The notes: generated from the sequence alone by a model not told the origin. A stretch of 64,000 nt of DNA from Thermoanaerobaculia bacterium (GCA_963719225.1 CAVRAY010000002.1:128001-192000); one strand, 5' to 3'. Positions 52,553-62,641 are shown, numbered from the stretch's first letter. Translations and numbers: made by a program.

Positions 52553-54919
52553 TCAGCCCGGCGAGAGGTTCGCGTAGCGCGCCACGAACTTCTTGCGGCC
52601 CGCACGGTCGAAGTAGACGGTCAGCTTTTCGGCGTCGCCGGAGCCCTCGATCGTCAGGACGACGCCCGGACCGTAGTCCGGATGGCGCACCTTCGAGCCC
52701 CGCCGGAAGCCGGAGGCCGTGGGAGGCGGCGGCGTCCGCCGCATGACGGGTCTGACGGGCGTCAGGCTGCGCGCCGGGAAGCGCGAAGAGGGGGATGAAG
52801 ATTTCCGCCCCACCTCCTGGGATTCGTTTTCGTAGTCGGGAAACAGGGATCCGCCGCGCCCGCCGCCGAAGCCGCGTCCCGGGCCGAAGCCCCGCTCACG
52901 CGCGCCGCCTCTCTCTCCACCTTCTAAGAAATCCCCCGTTCCCCCCGTCCTTCCCCTTCCGAAACCAGAAGTCAGATCTTCCCGCTCGAGCACCGCCTCC
53001 GGGATCGCCGAAAGAAAAGGCGACGGCTCGCGGCTCATCCACTCGCCACGGACCATCCGACGGAGGACGTAGGAGAGCGTGAGGCGGTCCTTCGCGCGTG
53101 TCATGCCGACGTACGCGAGTCGGCGCTCCTCCTCGAACTGGTCGTCGTCGTCGCGCGAGGAGGCGTGGGGAAGAGAGCCCTCTTCGAACCCCGCGAGGAA
53201 CACCTCGTCGAACTCGAGGCCCTTCGCCGCGTGGAGCGTGATGAGGAGGATGCCCTTCTTCTCGTCGGCTTCGTCCGCATCGGCGCGCAGCGTCACGGCG
53301 TCGAGGAACCCCGCGACGGAAGGGTCGTCGCCTTCCCCGCCGAAGGAGGTCGTGCGCTCGTGGTCGCGGGCCGCGGCGAGGAGCTCGTCCAGATTCTCGC
53401 GGCGCGCCTCGTCCTGCGGATCCAGGGAGCTCTCGTAGAGCTTCAGGAGGCCCGTTTCCTCGAGCGCAAACGCGACCGCGGCGCCGGCGACGTTCTCCCC
53501 CGCCGAGCCGAAGTCGCGCAGCTTCGCGACGAGGTCCCGAAACTCGGCGAGCGCTTTCTTCGCGCGCTCCGTGAGACTTTCGGGGAGCGCGTCGAGGACC
53601 TCGAGAAGAGGGACGCCGCGCTCGGACGCCGCGGCCTCGACGGCCTCCAGCGTCGCCGCCCCCACGCCGCGCGCCGGGACGTTCACGACCCTCCGGAAGG
53701 ACACGTCGTCGGACGGGTTGTTCGCGAGGCGCAGGTACGCGAGCGCGTCCTTGATCTCGGCCCTCTCGTAGAACTTGGTCCCGCCGACGAGGATGTAGGG
53801 CATGTTCGAGCGCAGGAGCTCGTCCTCGAACGGCCGGGATTGCGCGTTCGTGCGGAAGAGGACGGCGACCTCGGCCAGAGGTCTCGCGCGGCGCGCGGCC
53901 GCGATCCGGGAGACGACCTCGCGCGCCTCGTCGCGCTCCTCGTCGAAGACGGCGAGGCGCACGTTCCCGCCGCCCGACTTCGTCGCCTTGAGCGTCTTGC
54001 CGAGGCGGCGGCGGTTCTCGGCGACGACGGCTCCCGCGGCCTTCAGGATCGGCGCCGTCGAACGGTAGTTGCGCTCGAGGCGGACCGTCCTCGCCGTGGG
54101 GAACTCGCGCGCGAACTCCAGGATGTTCGACACGTCGGCGCCGCGCCAGCGATAGATCGACTGGTCCTCGTCGCCCACCACGAAGAGGTTCCCGGTCTCG
54201 CCGGCGATGAGGCACACGAGCTTCGCCTGGACGCGGTTCGTGTCCTGGTATTCATCCACGAGCAGGTGCCGGATGCTCCGCCGGAGGAGCTCGCGAACGC
54301 CGTCGTGCTTCGCGACGAGGCGGGTCGAGAGGACGAGGAGGTCGTCGAAGTCGAGGGCCTTCGACGCGCGCAGGGATCTCTCGTACGCACGCGCGATGTC
54401 CGCGAGGCGGGAGCCCAGGAAGTCGCCGAAGCGGCGCGGGAAGTCCTCCGGCTGGATCCCCTCGTTCTTGGCCTGCGAGATGCGCGACTGGATCTGCCGA
54501 GGCGTGGCTGACTTCTCGGGCAGCGCGACCTCCTTCATCGCGCGCTTCACGACCGCGAGCTGGTCGTCCGAGTCGAAGACGACGAACCCCTTCGGCACGC
54601 CCGCTTCCTCCGGGAAGCGCCGAAGGAGCCGCACCCCCCACGCGTGGAACGTCCCCACGAAAGAGCGCGGCCGCTCGGTGCCCAGGAGCGCGGCGACACG
54701 GTCTTTCATCTCGCCCGCGGCCTTGTTCGTGAAGGTGACGGCGACGACCGATTCCTGCGGCACGCCGTGCGCCACGACCCAGGCGAGCCGGCGCGTCAGG
54801 ACGCGCGTCTTCCCCGATCCCGCGCCCGCGAGGACGAGGAGCGGCCCTTCGCCGTGCGACACGGCGGCGGCCTGTTCGGGATTGAGGCCTTCGAGAAGAT
54901 CTTCCGGGCGGGCGACCAA
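52553..54919 (-). CDS. pcrA: ATP-dependent DNA helicase PcrA/UvrD
   Basis: LNPEQ, AGAGSGKTRVLT, VTFTNKAA, DEYQDTN, VGDEDQSIY, LERNYRS, TLHAAKGLEF, EERRLAYVGMTRA, C-terminal Tudor-like VRHPDYG. Start is TTG 54919 or ATG 54955. Confidence 0.93.
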   Translation of the reverse strand: MVARPEDLLEGLNPEQAAAVSHGEGPLLVLAGAGSGKTRVLTRRLAWVVAHGVPQESVVAVTFTNKAAGEMKDRVAALLGTERPRSFVGTFHAWGVRLLRRFPEEAGVPKGFVVFDSDDQLAVVKRAMKEVALPEKSATPRQIQSRISQAKNEGIQPEDFPRRFGDFLGSRLADIARAYERSLRASKALDFDDLLVLSTRLVAKHDGVRELLRRSIRHLLVDEYQDTNRVQAKLVCLIAGETGNLFVVGDEDQSIYRWRGADVSNILEFAREFPTARTVRLERNYRSTAPILKAAGAVVAENRRRLGKTLKATKSGGGNVRLAVFDEERDEAREVVSRIAAARRARPLAEVAVLFRTNAQSRPFEDELLRSNMPYILVGGTKFYERAEIKDALAYLRLANNPSDDVSFRRVVNVPARGVGAATLEAVEAAASERGVPLLEVLDALPESLTERAKKALAEFRDLVAKLRDFGSAGENVAGAAVAFALEETGLLKLYESSLDPQDEARRENLDELLAAARDHERTTSFGGEGDDPSVAGFLDAVTLRADADEADEKKGILLITLHAAKGLEFDEVFLAGFEEGSLPHASSRDDDDQFEEERRLAYVGMTRAKDRLTLSYVLRRMVRGEWMSREPSPFLSAIPEAVLEREDLTSGFGRGRTGGTGDFLEGGERGGARERGFGPGRGFGGGRGGSLFPDYENESQEVGRKSSSPSSRFPARSLTPVRPVMRRTPPPPTASGFRRGSKVRHPDYGPGVVLTIEGSGDAEKLTVYFDRAGRKKFVARYANLSPG

Positions 54920-54974
54920 GGGGAGCGATGGTAGCGCAGCGCGTGGGCTTAACATGGAAAGGAACGAGGACGTC

Positions 54975-55358
54975 ATGGCGGGCGCGGTACTTCTCCTCTC
55001 GGTCCTCGCGGGCACGGCGAAGCCGGCGCCCCCGAAGCCGACGCCCGCCTCGACGCTGGTCCCGGCCGTGCGGGTCCTCCGGACTCCCGCCGACGCGCCG
55101 CGCTGGACCGGCAAGCCGATCTCGCTGAACCTCAGCGACGCCGATCTCACCGACGTCCTGCGAAGCTTCGCCGAGCTCAGCGGCCTCAACTTCGTCGTCA
55201 CTCCCGAGGTCCGCGGCACCGTGACCGTGAGCCTGAAGGACGTCCCGTGGGACCAGGCCCTCGACCTCATCCTCAGGGTCAACGGCTATGGATGCGTGAT
55301 CGAGGGAAAGGTCGTCCTCATCGGCCCTCCCGCTCGGTTCGCGGACGTGCGCCGCTAG
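54975..55358 (+). CDS. Stand-alone secretin N0/STN domain protein (PilQ N-terminal-like), exported
   Basis: Signal peptide plus WTGKPISLNLSDADLTDVLRSFAELSGLNFVV...VSLKDVPWDQALDLIL; 127 aa, no secretin barrel. Confidence 0.8.
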   Translation: MAGAVLLLSVLAGTAKPAPPKPTPASTLVPAVRVLRTPADAPRWTGKPISLNLSDADLTDVLRSFAELSGLNFVVTPEVRGTVTVSLKDVPWDQALDLILRVNGYGCVIEGKVVLIGPPARFADVRR

Positions 55359-55412
55359 CGCGATTGTACGAAAGGTATTCGCCAAACCGACCATTGCTCT
55401 AGGGGGATCTCG

Positions 55413-56454
55413 ATGAGAGCGACCGTTCTTGCCGCCACATCGGGTTTGCTCGCGGTTTCCCTCGGTAGCTCGGCGAACGCGCAGAACCTGCTCGCCAATT
55501 CCAGCTTTCACCAGGGCCTATCGGGGTGGACGGTCTACCGTGACGTACCGATCGCCCCGCGACCGGGGACGGCTTTCGGGGGTGTGGATCCGAGTTCGGC
55601 CGGCTCGGCTGGAGAAGGGTCGTATTCGGCCGCGATTAACGCGTTCGGCCACGGAGGCAGCGCTGTCGTAGGACTGAGTCAGTGCGTCCCCGTCCGTGGC
55701 GATCTCGCCTACGGGTTCGGGGCTCAGGTCCGCGTCGACTCGCTGGAAGGCCTCCTCGTCGGTCTCTTCATCGGGGTCGTGTTCGACCCGACGCCGACCT
55801 GCCGTGGATTCATCCGCCCCCCGCTGGGCTCGTCCTCAAGCAGCCTGTCGGGTCCCCTCCCCACGGCCGGCGCTTGGACCCTGGTCGCCGGGGAGGTCAT
55901 CGCTCCCTCCTGGGCTCGCCTCGGGAGAGGAGCGAGCGCTCCTGGTCAGGGCCGGCGGACTCGTCGCGATCCGCGACGTGCTCGCGACCTTCTTCTCAGG
56001 ACCGGCCGCGTATGGGGCGGTCCAAATCCTGACGGAGCCAGGCACCGTCGTGGTCAGCGAAACCTCGACGCCCTCCTCGGACGGCACCGTTGGTCAGGCC
56101 TTGCCGGCATTTGGATCCGCCGACTTTGCCGGCGCGACACCAAGGACGCTCGCGCCCATCCGCGAGAGCGCGTCCTTCCGCACGAACCTCGTCCTCACGA
56201 ACGCGGTCGCGTTCCCGGTTATCGCGCACGTCGTGCTCTTCGACGCCGACGGGACCCCGATCGGCACGCGCGACGTCGACCTCCCCCCGCTCGGTATGAC
56301 GCAGATCAACCACGTCGCCGTCGCACTCGGGGCTCCGACGCTCGATCTCGGCCGGATCGCCGTCTCGACGCCCACGCCCGGCGGCCTCGTCGCGGCGTAC
56401 GCCTCCGTCATCGACAACCTCTCGAACGACCCGCGCACGATCCTGCCACGCTGA
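55413..56454 (+). pseudogene. Internally deleted/frameshifted exported protein: N-terminal CBM-like domain plus the same C-terminal domain family as 1307-4690
   Basis: Signal peptide and AQNLLANSSFHQGLSGW in the frame of 55413. After ~55915 the other frame reads SGEERALL...TVGQALPA...FRTNLVL...GMTQIN...ASVIDNLSNDPRTILPR. Confidence 0.72.
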
Positions 56455-56490
56455 CGCGCCCGCCGCGCGGTGCGGCATGATGTCGCGCCG

Positions 56491-57969
56491 ATGCCGTTCG
56501 TCCTCGCCCTCGACCAGGGCACGACCAGCTCGCGCGCGCTCGTCTTCGACGAGCGCGGCGCCGTGCGCGGGATGGCCCAGCAGGAGCTCCGGCAGATCTA
56601 TCCCGAGCCCGGATGGGTCGAGCACGACCCGACGGAGATCTGGGCGACGCAGTCGGGCGTGATGCACGAGGCGCTCGCGAAGGCGGGCCTCACGGGCCGC
56701 GACGTGGCGGCGATCGGCATCACGAACCAGCGCGAGACGACGCTCCTCTGGGAGCGCGCGACCTCCCGTCCCCTCGCGAACGCGATCGTCTGGCAGGACC
56801 GGAGGACCGCGGCCGACTGCGACGCGCTCCGCGCGGCCGGCCACGAGGCGACGTTCGCCGCGAAGACGGGCCTCGTCCTCGACCCTTATTTCTCCGGCAC
56901 GAAGCTGAAGTGGCTCCTCGACCACGTGCCTCTCGCGCGGGCGCGCGCCGCGCGGGGCGAGCTCGCTTTCGGCACGGTCGACTCGTGGCTCGTCTGGAAG
57001 CTCACGAACGGAGCCGTGCACGTGACCGACGCCTCGAATGCGAGCCGGACGCTCCTCTACGACATCCATGCCGGAACCTGGGACGACGAGCTCCTGGCCC
57101 TTCTCGACATCCCCAAGGAGGTGCTGCCGCGCGTCGTGCCTTCTTCGGGTGTCGTCGCGACGGCGGCTCTCGGCGGCGTGAAAGTCCCGATCGCGGGGAT
57201 CGCCGGCGATCAGCAGGCGGCCCTCTTCGGACAGTCCTGCGACCGGCCGGGCCTCGCGAAGAACACGTACGGGACGGGCTGTTTCCTCCTCCTCAACACG
57301 GGAGCGCAGGCCGTCGCCTCGAAGAACCGCCTGCTCACGACCGTCGCGTGGGACCTCGGCAGGGGCCGCACGTTCGCCCTCGAGGGGAGCGTCTTCATCG
57401 GCGGCGCCGCCGTGCAGTGGTTGAGGGACGGGCTGAAGCTCATCCCCAGAACCGCCGACGTCGAGGCGCTCGCCGCGAGCGAGAAAGACAACGGCGGCGT
57501 CTTCATGGTGCCGGCCTTCGCGGGACTCGGCGCGCCGCACTGGGATGCCTACGCGCGAGGCGCCGTCTTCGGGCTCACGCGTGGCTCGACGGCCGGCCAT
57601 CTCGCGCGCGCGGTCCTCGAGTCGATCGCCTTCCAGAGCGCCGACGTCCTCCTCGCGATGGAGAAGGACGCGGGCCTCGCGCTCACGGAGCTCCGCGTCG
57701 ACGGCGGCGCCACCGAAAACAATCTTCTGATGCAGTTCCAGTCCGATCTCCTCGGCGTCCCCGTCGTGAGGCCCGAGGTCCTCGAGACGACCGCCCTCGG
57801 CGCCGCGTATCTCGCCGGGCTCGCCGTCGGCACCTGGAAGGACACGGACGAGATCCGCGCGAACTGGAGAGTCGCCCGCCGCTTCGAGCCGACGATGGCG
57901 CGCGCTCGTGCCGCGGAGCTGCGCGCGGGATGGGAGAAGGCCGTCAGCCGCGCGAAAGCCTGGGCCTGA
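56491..57969 (+). CDS. glpK: Glycerol kinase
   Basis: [62 protein letters not shown]. Confidence 0.96.
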   Translation: MPFVLALDQGTTSSRALVFDERGAVRGMAQQELRQIYPEPGWVEHDPTEIWATQSGVMHEALAKAGLTGRDVAAIGITNQRETTLLWERATSRPLANAIVWQDRRTAADCDALRAAGHEATFAAKTGLVLDPYFSGTKLKWLLDHVPLARARAARGELAFGTVDSWLVWKLTNGAVHVTDASNASRTLLYDIHAGTWDDELLALLDIPKEVLPRVVPSSGVVATAALGGVKVPIAGIAGDQQAALFGQSCDRPGLAKNTYGTGCFLLLNTGAQAVASKNRLLTTVAWDLGRGRTFALEGSVFIGGAAVQWLRDGLKLIPRTADVEALAASEKDNGGVFMVPAFAGLGAPHWDAYARGAVFGLTRGSTAGHLARAVLESIAFQSADVLLAMEKDAGLALTELRVDGGATENNLLMQFQSDLLGVPVVRPEVLETTALGAAYLAGLAVGTWKDTDEIRANWRVARRFEPTMARARAAELRAGWEKAVSRAKAWA

Positions 57970-57972
57970 ACC

Positions 57973-59817
57973 TCATTCCACGGTGACCGACTTCGCGAGG
58001 TTGCGGGGCTGGTCCACGTCACAGCCGCGGCGGCGGGCGACGTGGTACGCGAGGAGCTGGAGGGGCACGACGGACACGATCGGCTGAAGCGCCGGATGGA
58101 TCTTCGGCATCGTCAGGAGGGCGTCGGCGAACGTGGACACGTCCGCGTCCCCCGGGTTGACGAATGCGATGACGATGCCGTCCCGCGCCTTCGCTTCCCT
58201 CAGGTTCGAGGCGATCTTCTCGTAGAGCGCGTCGTCGGGCGCGAGGCCGACGACGGGAAGAGCGTCGTCGATGAGGGCGATCGGGCCGTGCTTCATCTCG
58301 CCCCCGGGATAGCCCTCCGCGTGAAGGTACGAGATCTCCTTCAGCTTGAGCGCCCCTTCCAGGGCGATCGGGTAATGCGCGCCGCGCCCGAGGAAAAGGA
58401 CGTCCCGCGCCTTTTCGAGACGGCGGGCGACCTTCTCGATCTCGCTCTCGAGGGCGAGCGCCTCGTGGAGAACGCCGGGGAGTCGGGCCAGGCCAGCGAG
58501 AAATGCCCCGTCGACCGGGACCTCCTCGGTCGTGCGCGCGCCTTTCACGTAGTGCGCAAAGAGGGCGAGCGCGACGAGCTGCGTCGTGAAAGCCTTCGTA
58601 GACGCGACGCCGATCTCCGGTCCCGCGTGCGTCGCGATCACTCCGTCCACCAGTCGCGCGATCGCCGAGCCCGGCACGTTCACGAGGCCGACCGTGCGCG
58701 CTCCCAGGCGCCGGGCCTCCTTGAGCGCCGCCACGGTGTCCGCCGTCTCGCCGGACTGCGAGATGCCGAGGACGAGGGTCTTCTGGTCCACGAGCGGCGA
58801 GCGGTAACGGAACTCGGAAGCGTAATCGACGTCGGCGGGAATACGGGCGATTTCCTCCAGCAGGAACTTTCCGACGAGGCCCGCGTGCCAGCTCGTCCCG
58901 CAGGCCACGATCTGCACGCGGTCGATCTGCGCGAGGAGCGCGCGCGAAACGCCCATCTCCGCTTCGTTGAAGAGGCCGGTCTCCAAAGAGAGCTTGTTGC
59001 CGATCGTCTCGACGACGACCGTGGGCTGCTCGGCGATCTCCTTGGCCATGTAGTGCGGGTAGCCGCCCTTCTCGGCCGAGACGGCGTCCCACGGGACGCG
59101 CTGGGTGAGCCGCTCGTGCGGCGTCCCGTCGAACCCTGTCACGGTCACGCTGGATGCGGTCACGCGCGCGAGGTCCCCGTCCTCGAGGAAGATCAGGTCG
59201 CGCGTGTACGCGAGCAGCGCGGTCGCGTCCGAGGCGACGAAATTCTCGCCCGTTCCGAGCCCGAGGACGATCGGCGGCCCCCATTTGAGGGCATAGAGGA
59301 CGCCCGGCTCGTCCGCCGAGAAGAGGACGAGCGCGAACATGCCCTTGAAGGAAGCCGCCGTCTTCCGGACGATCTCGCCGAAAGGGGTCGTCGGGTCGGC
59401 CTTCTGCGCCGCCCCGAGCGCCTGAGCGACGACCTCGGTGTCGGTCTCCGAAAGGAACCGAACGCCCTCCTTCTGGAGCCGCTGTTTCAAGGGCAGGAAA
59501 TTCTCGATGATCCCGTTGTGAATGACGACGACGCGGCCGGAAGCGTCGCGATGCGGGTGCGCGTTCTCCTCGGAGGGGCGGCCGTGCGTGGCCCAGCGCG
59601 TGTGCCCGACGCCGAACCGGCCGGGCGGCGGATCCTGCGCGATCTTGTCCGTGAGGTTGCCGAGCTTGCCCTCGCTACGGGCGACGCGCACGACGCCGTC
59701 GTTCCCGAGGACCGCGATGCCCGCCGAGTCGTAGCCTCGGTACTCGAGGCGCTTCAGGCCGTCGAGGAGAACCGGCGTCGCGTCGCGGCTCCCGACGTAC
59801 CCGACGATGCCGCACAC
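57973..59817 (-). CDS. glmS: Glutamine--fructose-6-phosphate transaminase
   Basis: MCGIVG, LEYRGYDSAG, GHTRWATHG, SQSGETAD, VASTKAF, DQPRNLAKSVTVE. Confidence 0.97.
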   Translation of the reverse strand: MCGIVGYVGSRDATPVLLDGLKRLEYRGYDSAGIAVLGNDGVVRVARSEGKLGNLTDKIAQDPPPGRFGVGHTRWATHGRPSEENAHPHRDASGRVVVIHNGIIENFLPLKQRLQKEGVRFLSETDTEVVAQALGAAQKADPTTPFGEIVRKTAASFKGMFALVLFSADEPGVLYALKWGPPIVLGLGTGENFVASDATALLAYTRDLIFLEDGDLARVTASSVTVTGFDGTPHERLTQRVPWDAVSAEKGGYPHYMAKEIAEQPTVVVETIGNKLSLETGLFNEAEMGVSRALLAQIDRVQIVACGTSWHAGLVGKFLLEEIARIPADVDYASEFRYRSPLVDQKTLVLGISQSGETADTVAALKEARRLGARTVGLVNVPGSAIARLVDGVIATHAGPEIGVASTKAFTTQLVALALFAHYVKGARTTEEVPVDGAFLAGLARLPGVLHEALALESEIEKVARRLEKARDVLFLGRGAHYPIALEGALKLKEISYLHAEGYPGGEMKHGPIALIDDALPVVGLAPDDALYEKIASNLREAKARDGIVIAFVNPGDADVSTFADALLTMPKIHPALQPIVSVVPLQLLAYHVARRRGCDVDQPRNLAKSVTVE

Positions 59818-59818
59818 C

Positions 59819-61240
59819 TCAGGTCTTCTTCCCGCCGCTCTTCTTCTCGCGGTACCGCGCCCCGCCCTCGGGCACGTTCTTCTGCGGCACGCGGGAGAGG
59901 GCGAGCGCGTCCTTCTCGACGTCCACCGTCACGGTCGTGCCCGCGGCGACGATCGCGCCGTCGCCGATCGTGACCGGAGCGACGAGCTGCACGTCCGAGC
60001 CGACGAAGACGTCCTTGCCGATCGTCGTGCGGTTCTTCGCGAAGCCGTCGTAGTTGCAGGTGATCACGCCCGCGCCCACGTTCGTGCGCTCGCCGATCTC
60101 CGTGTCGCCGAGATACGTCAGGTGGTTCGCCTTGACGCCTTTTCTCAGCACGGCTTTCTTCGTCTCCACGAAGTTCCCGACGTGAACACCCTCGGCGAGG
60201 TCCGTCCCTTCGCGCAGGCGTGCGAACGGTCCCACGACGGCGCCGTCGCCGACGGCGGCCGATTCGATCACGCAGTACGGCCTCACCGTCACGTTCTTCC
60301 CGAAGACCGAGTCCTTGACGACCGTCCCCTGGCCGATCACGGTGCCGGTGCCGACGCGCGTCTTCCCGAGGAGCGTCACGAACGGCTCGAGCTCCGTGTC
60401 GGGTTCGAGGACGACGGTATCGTCGAGCGTTACGGTCTCGGGCCGCAGGATCGTCGTCCCGGTGCGCATCGCCTCGGATGCCTTGCGGTCCCGGAGGATC
60501 CGCTCGACGGTCGCGAGGTCCTCGCGAGAGTTGACACCGAGAGCGGAGGAGGGGTCGCCGGAGACGGTGACCACCTTTCGCTTCGCCTTCAGCGCGAGGG
60601 AAAGGACGTCCGTGAGATAGAACTCGGATTGAAGATTCTTAGAAGTGAGAAGAGGGAGGGATTTGTCCAGGAACGCTCGATCAAACACATAGGTCCCGGT
60701 GTTGATCTCCGCGATCTTCTTCTCATTCGCAGAAGAATCCTTCTCCTCTCTTATCCGAAGAAATCTCTTCTTCCTGTCCCGCACGATCCGCCCATAGCCC
60801 GTGGGGTTCGCGAGCGTGGCCGTCAGGACGGCGACGGCCGCCTTCTTGTCCTCGTTCAGCGCGTCGACGAGGCTCTTCACCGCGTCGGCCGTCAGGAGCG
60901 GGACGTCGCCCGAGAGGACGACGACCGTCTTCGCCTTCCCGAAGGCGCCGGCCGCAGCCGCGACCCGGACGGCATCGCCCGTTCCCCGCGGCGGATCCTG
61001 GATGGCGATCCGGACGCCCGCGTGCTTCGCCTTCAGATGCGCGACGACCGTCACATTACCCTTCGAAGAGTCTTCCTTCGGAATGATCGCCACCACCGCT
61101 GCGGCCTCGCCCGCGACGGAGACAGCGGTGTCGAGCGCGCGGTCGAGAAGCGATCGGCCCGCGGCCTCGTGCAGGACCTTCGGCCGTTCGGAGCTCATCC
61201 TCACGCCGCGGCCCGCAGCGAGGAGGACGACGACGGTCAC
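59819..61240 (-). CDS. glmU: Bifunctional UDP-GlcNAc pyrophosphorylase / glucosamine-1-phosphate acetyltransferase
   Basis: LAAGRGVRMSSERPKVLH, GTGDAV, GYGRIVR, EFYLTD, GNFVETK, HLTYLGD, TCNYDG. Confidence 0.96.
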   Translation of the reverse strand: MTVVVLLAAGRGVRMSSERPKVLHEAAGRSLLDRALDTAVSVAGEAAAVVAIIPKEDSSKGNVTVVAHLKAKHAGVRIAIQDPPRGTGDAVRVAAAAGAFGKAKTVVVLSGDVPLLTADAVKSLVDALNEDKKAAVAVLTATLANPTGYGRIVRDRKKRFLRIREEKDSSANEKKIAEINTGTYVFDRAFLDKSLPLLTSKNLQSEFYLTDVLSLALKAKRKVVTVSGDPSSALGVNSREDLATVERILRDRKASEAMRTGTTILRPETVTLDDTVVLEPDTELEPFVTLLGKTRVGTGTVIGQGTVVKDSVFGKNVTVRPYCVIESAAVGDGAVVGPFARLREGTDLAEGVHVGNFVETKKAVLRKGVKANHLTYLGDTEIGERTNVGAGVITCNYDGFAKNRTTIGKDVFVGSDVQLVAPVTIGDGAIVAAGTTVTVDVEKDALALSRVPQKNVPEGGARYREKKSGGKKT

Positions 61241-61917
61241 GCTCCTCCCGCGACGAGCTCCGCGAATCCCTGGGTTCCCCGGAGAGCGGCGAGGTCGGCC
61301 TCGAGTCGCGCCTGGATCCGGTTCTGATCGTCCGCCGCGATGGCCTTCCTCAGGCTCAGAAGGGCCTGCTCCACCTCGCCCTGGAGCGCGAGGCAGCAGG
61401 CCGTGAGGTAGTGCACGCGGCCGTCGCCGTCACGTCGGCCCGGATTCCGGCGGAGCAGCTCGAGCGCCCTGTCGACGTTTCCGCGATTCTTCTCGAACAC
61501 GGCGGCGTGGTAGAGCTCCTCCGGCTCGGCGGCCGTGGGACCCTTCGACCTCCGCCCGCTGCGGCACGCGCCCAGGTACATGCGCGCGCGGTCGAGAAAT
61601 TCCTTTTCATCGGGATGCTTTTCAATCAGATCCTCGAAGCGACGCGCGGCCTCGTCGAAATGCCTCTTGTGAAAAAGCTCGATGGCCTTCTCGTATTCCT
61701 TGCGCGCCGCCGAGGATTCCTTCACGGCCTCCTTGAGGGAAACCGGTGCCTTTCGGGACCGGTCCGGCTCGGGACCGGCGAGCTTCATCTGCCGGATCTT
61801 CTTTTCCAGGTCCTCGAGCGGCAGCCCGAGCTCCTTGGAAAGAGTCTGCAAATCCATTCGGCCGAAATTCGCTTTCAGCCAGCGGGCGTCGTCGTCGGTC
61901 CACTTCCTGAGCATCAT
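61237..61917 (-). CDS. TPR-repeat protein with an N-terminal HTH/Myb-like segment
   Basis: WTDDDARWLKANF...LSKELGL, followed by TPR helices (YEKAIELF, HYLTACCLALQG, LRKAI); GTGA overlap with glmU. Confidence 0.78.
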   Translation of the reverse strand: MMLRKWTDDDARWLKANFGRMDLQTLSKELGLPLEDLEKKIRQMKLAGPEPDRSRKAPVSLKEAVKESSAARKEYEKAIELFHKRHFDEAARRFEDLIEKHPDEKEFLDRARMYLGACRSGRRSKGPTAAEPEELYHAAVFEKNRGNVDRALELLRRNPGRRDGDGRVHYLTACCLALQGEVEQALLSLRKAIAADDQNRIQARLEADLAALRGTQGFAELVAGGA

Positions 61918-62046
61918 TTTGGACGGGCCTCCCGCTGGACTCCGATCTCGAGGGGTGTTCGGAGCAAACGGCGAATTCTCTTCACCTCTCTGCTCCGCGT
62001 CAAGGAGGCCTCCAAACGGGGTCCCAAATCGCGGTAGCCTGAGGGC

Positions 62047-62562
62047 GTGTACGAAGCTCCGATCTTCTGCACGCAATGCGCCGCCCGGCTCGAGGAACAG
62101 GCGCTGGGCCCTTCCGCCAAGAAGGTCCCGGTCTGCGTCAAATGCGGCGCCGTGCACTGGATCGACCCCAAGATCGCGGCCGGCATCCTCATCGTGCGAG
62201 AGGACCGCGTCCTTCTCGTCAAGCGCGCGATCGAGCCTGGGCTCGGCCGGTGGACGTTTCCCGGGGGACACGTGGACCGCGGCGAGACGCTCGAGGAGGC
62301 CGCTCTGCGCGAAACGCTCGAAGAATGCGGCGCGACGGCCGACCTCGGAGACCTCTTGGGAGCCTTCTCGTATCCCGGAAGGCCCGTCGTCATCGTGGTT
62401 TACCGGGGCTCGCTCGCCGTCGGCAGCCGCGAGCCGCACGCGGGCGACGAGACGCTGGAGGTGGGCTGGTTCACCGCGGAGGAGGCGGCCGGCCTGCCGC
62501 TCGCGTTTCGATCCGTGGCCGACGCGCTCTCGCGGCTCTTCGGCCGGACGTATGCGGTGTGA
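62047..62562 (+). CDS. NUDIX hydrolase with an N-terminal zinc ribbon
   Basis: CTQC...CVKC, DPKIAAG, Nudix box [23 protein letters not shown]. Confidence 0.9.
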   Translation: MYEAPIFCTQCAARLEEQALGPSAKKVPVCVKCGAVHWIDPKIAAGILIVREDRVLLVKRAIEPGLGRWTFPGGHVDRGETLEEAALRETLEECGATADLGDLLGAFSYPGRPVVIVVYRGSLAVGSREPHAGDETLEVGWFTAEEAAGLPLAFRSVADALSRLFGRTYAV

Positions 62563-62641
62563 GCGCGCTCACGCCGGGGAACAAGCGGAGCGTCTCGAAT
62601 CATCCATGGGGCGCGGTCGTCCCGTAGGACAATCGCCGGAG

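Noticed and set aside
59810-59825. glmS ribozyme
   Set aside because: glmS starts 1 bp after the glmU stop, leaving no leader to hold it.
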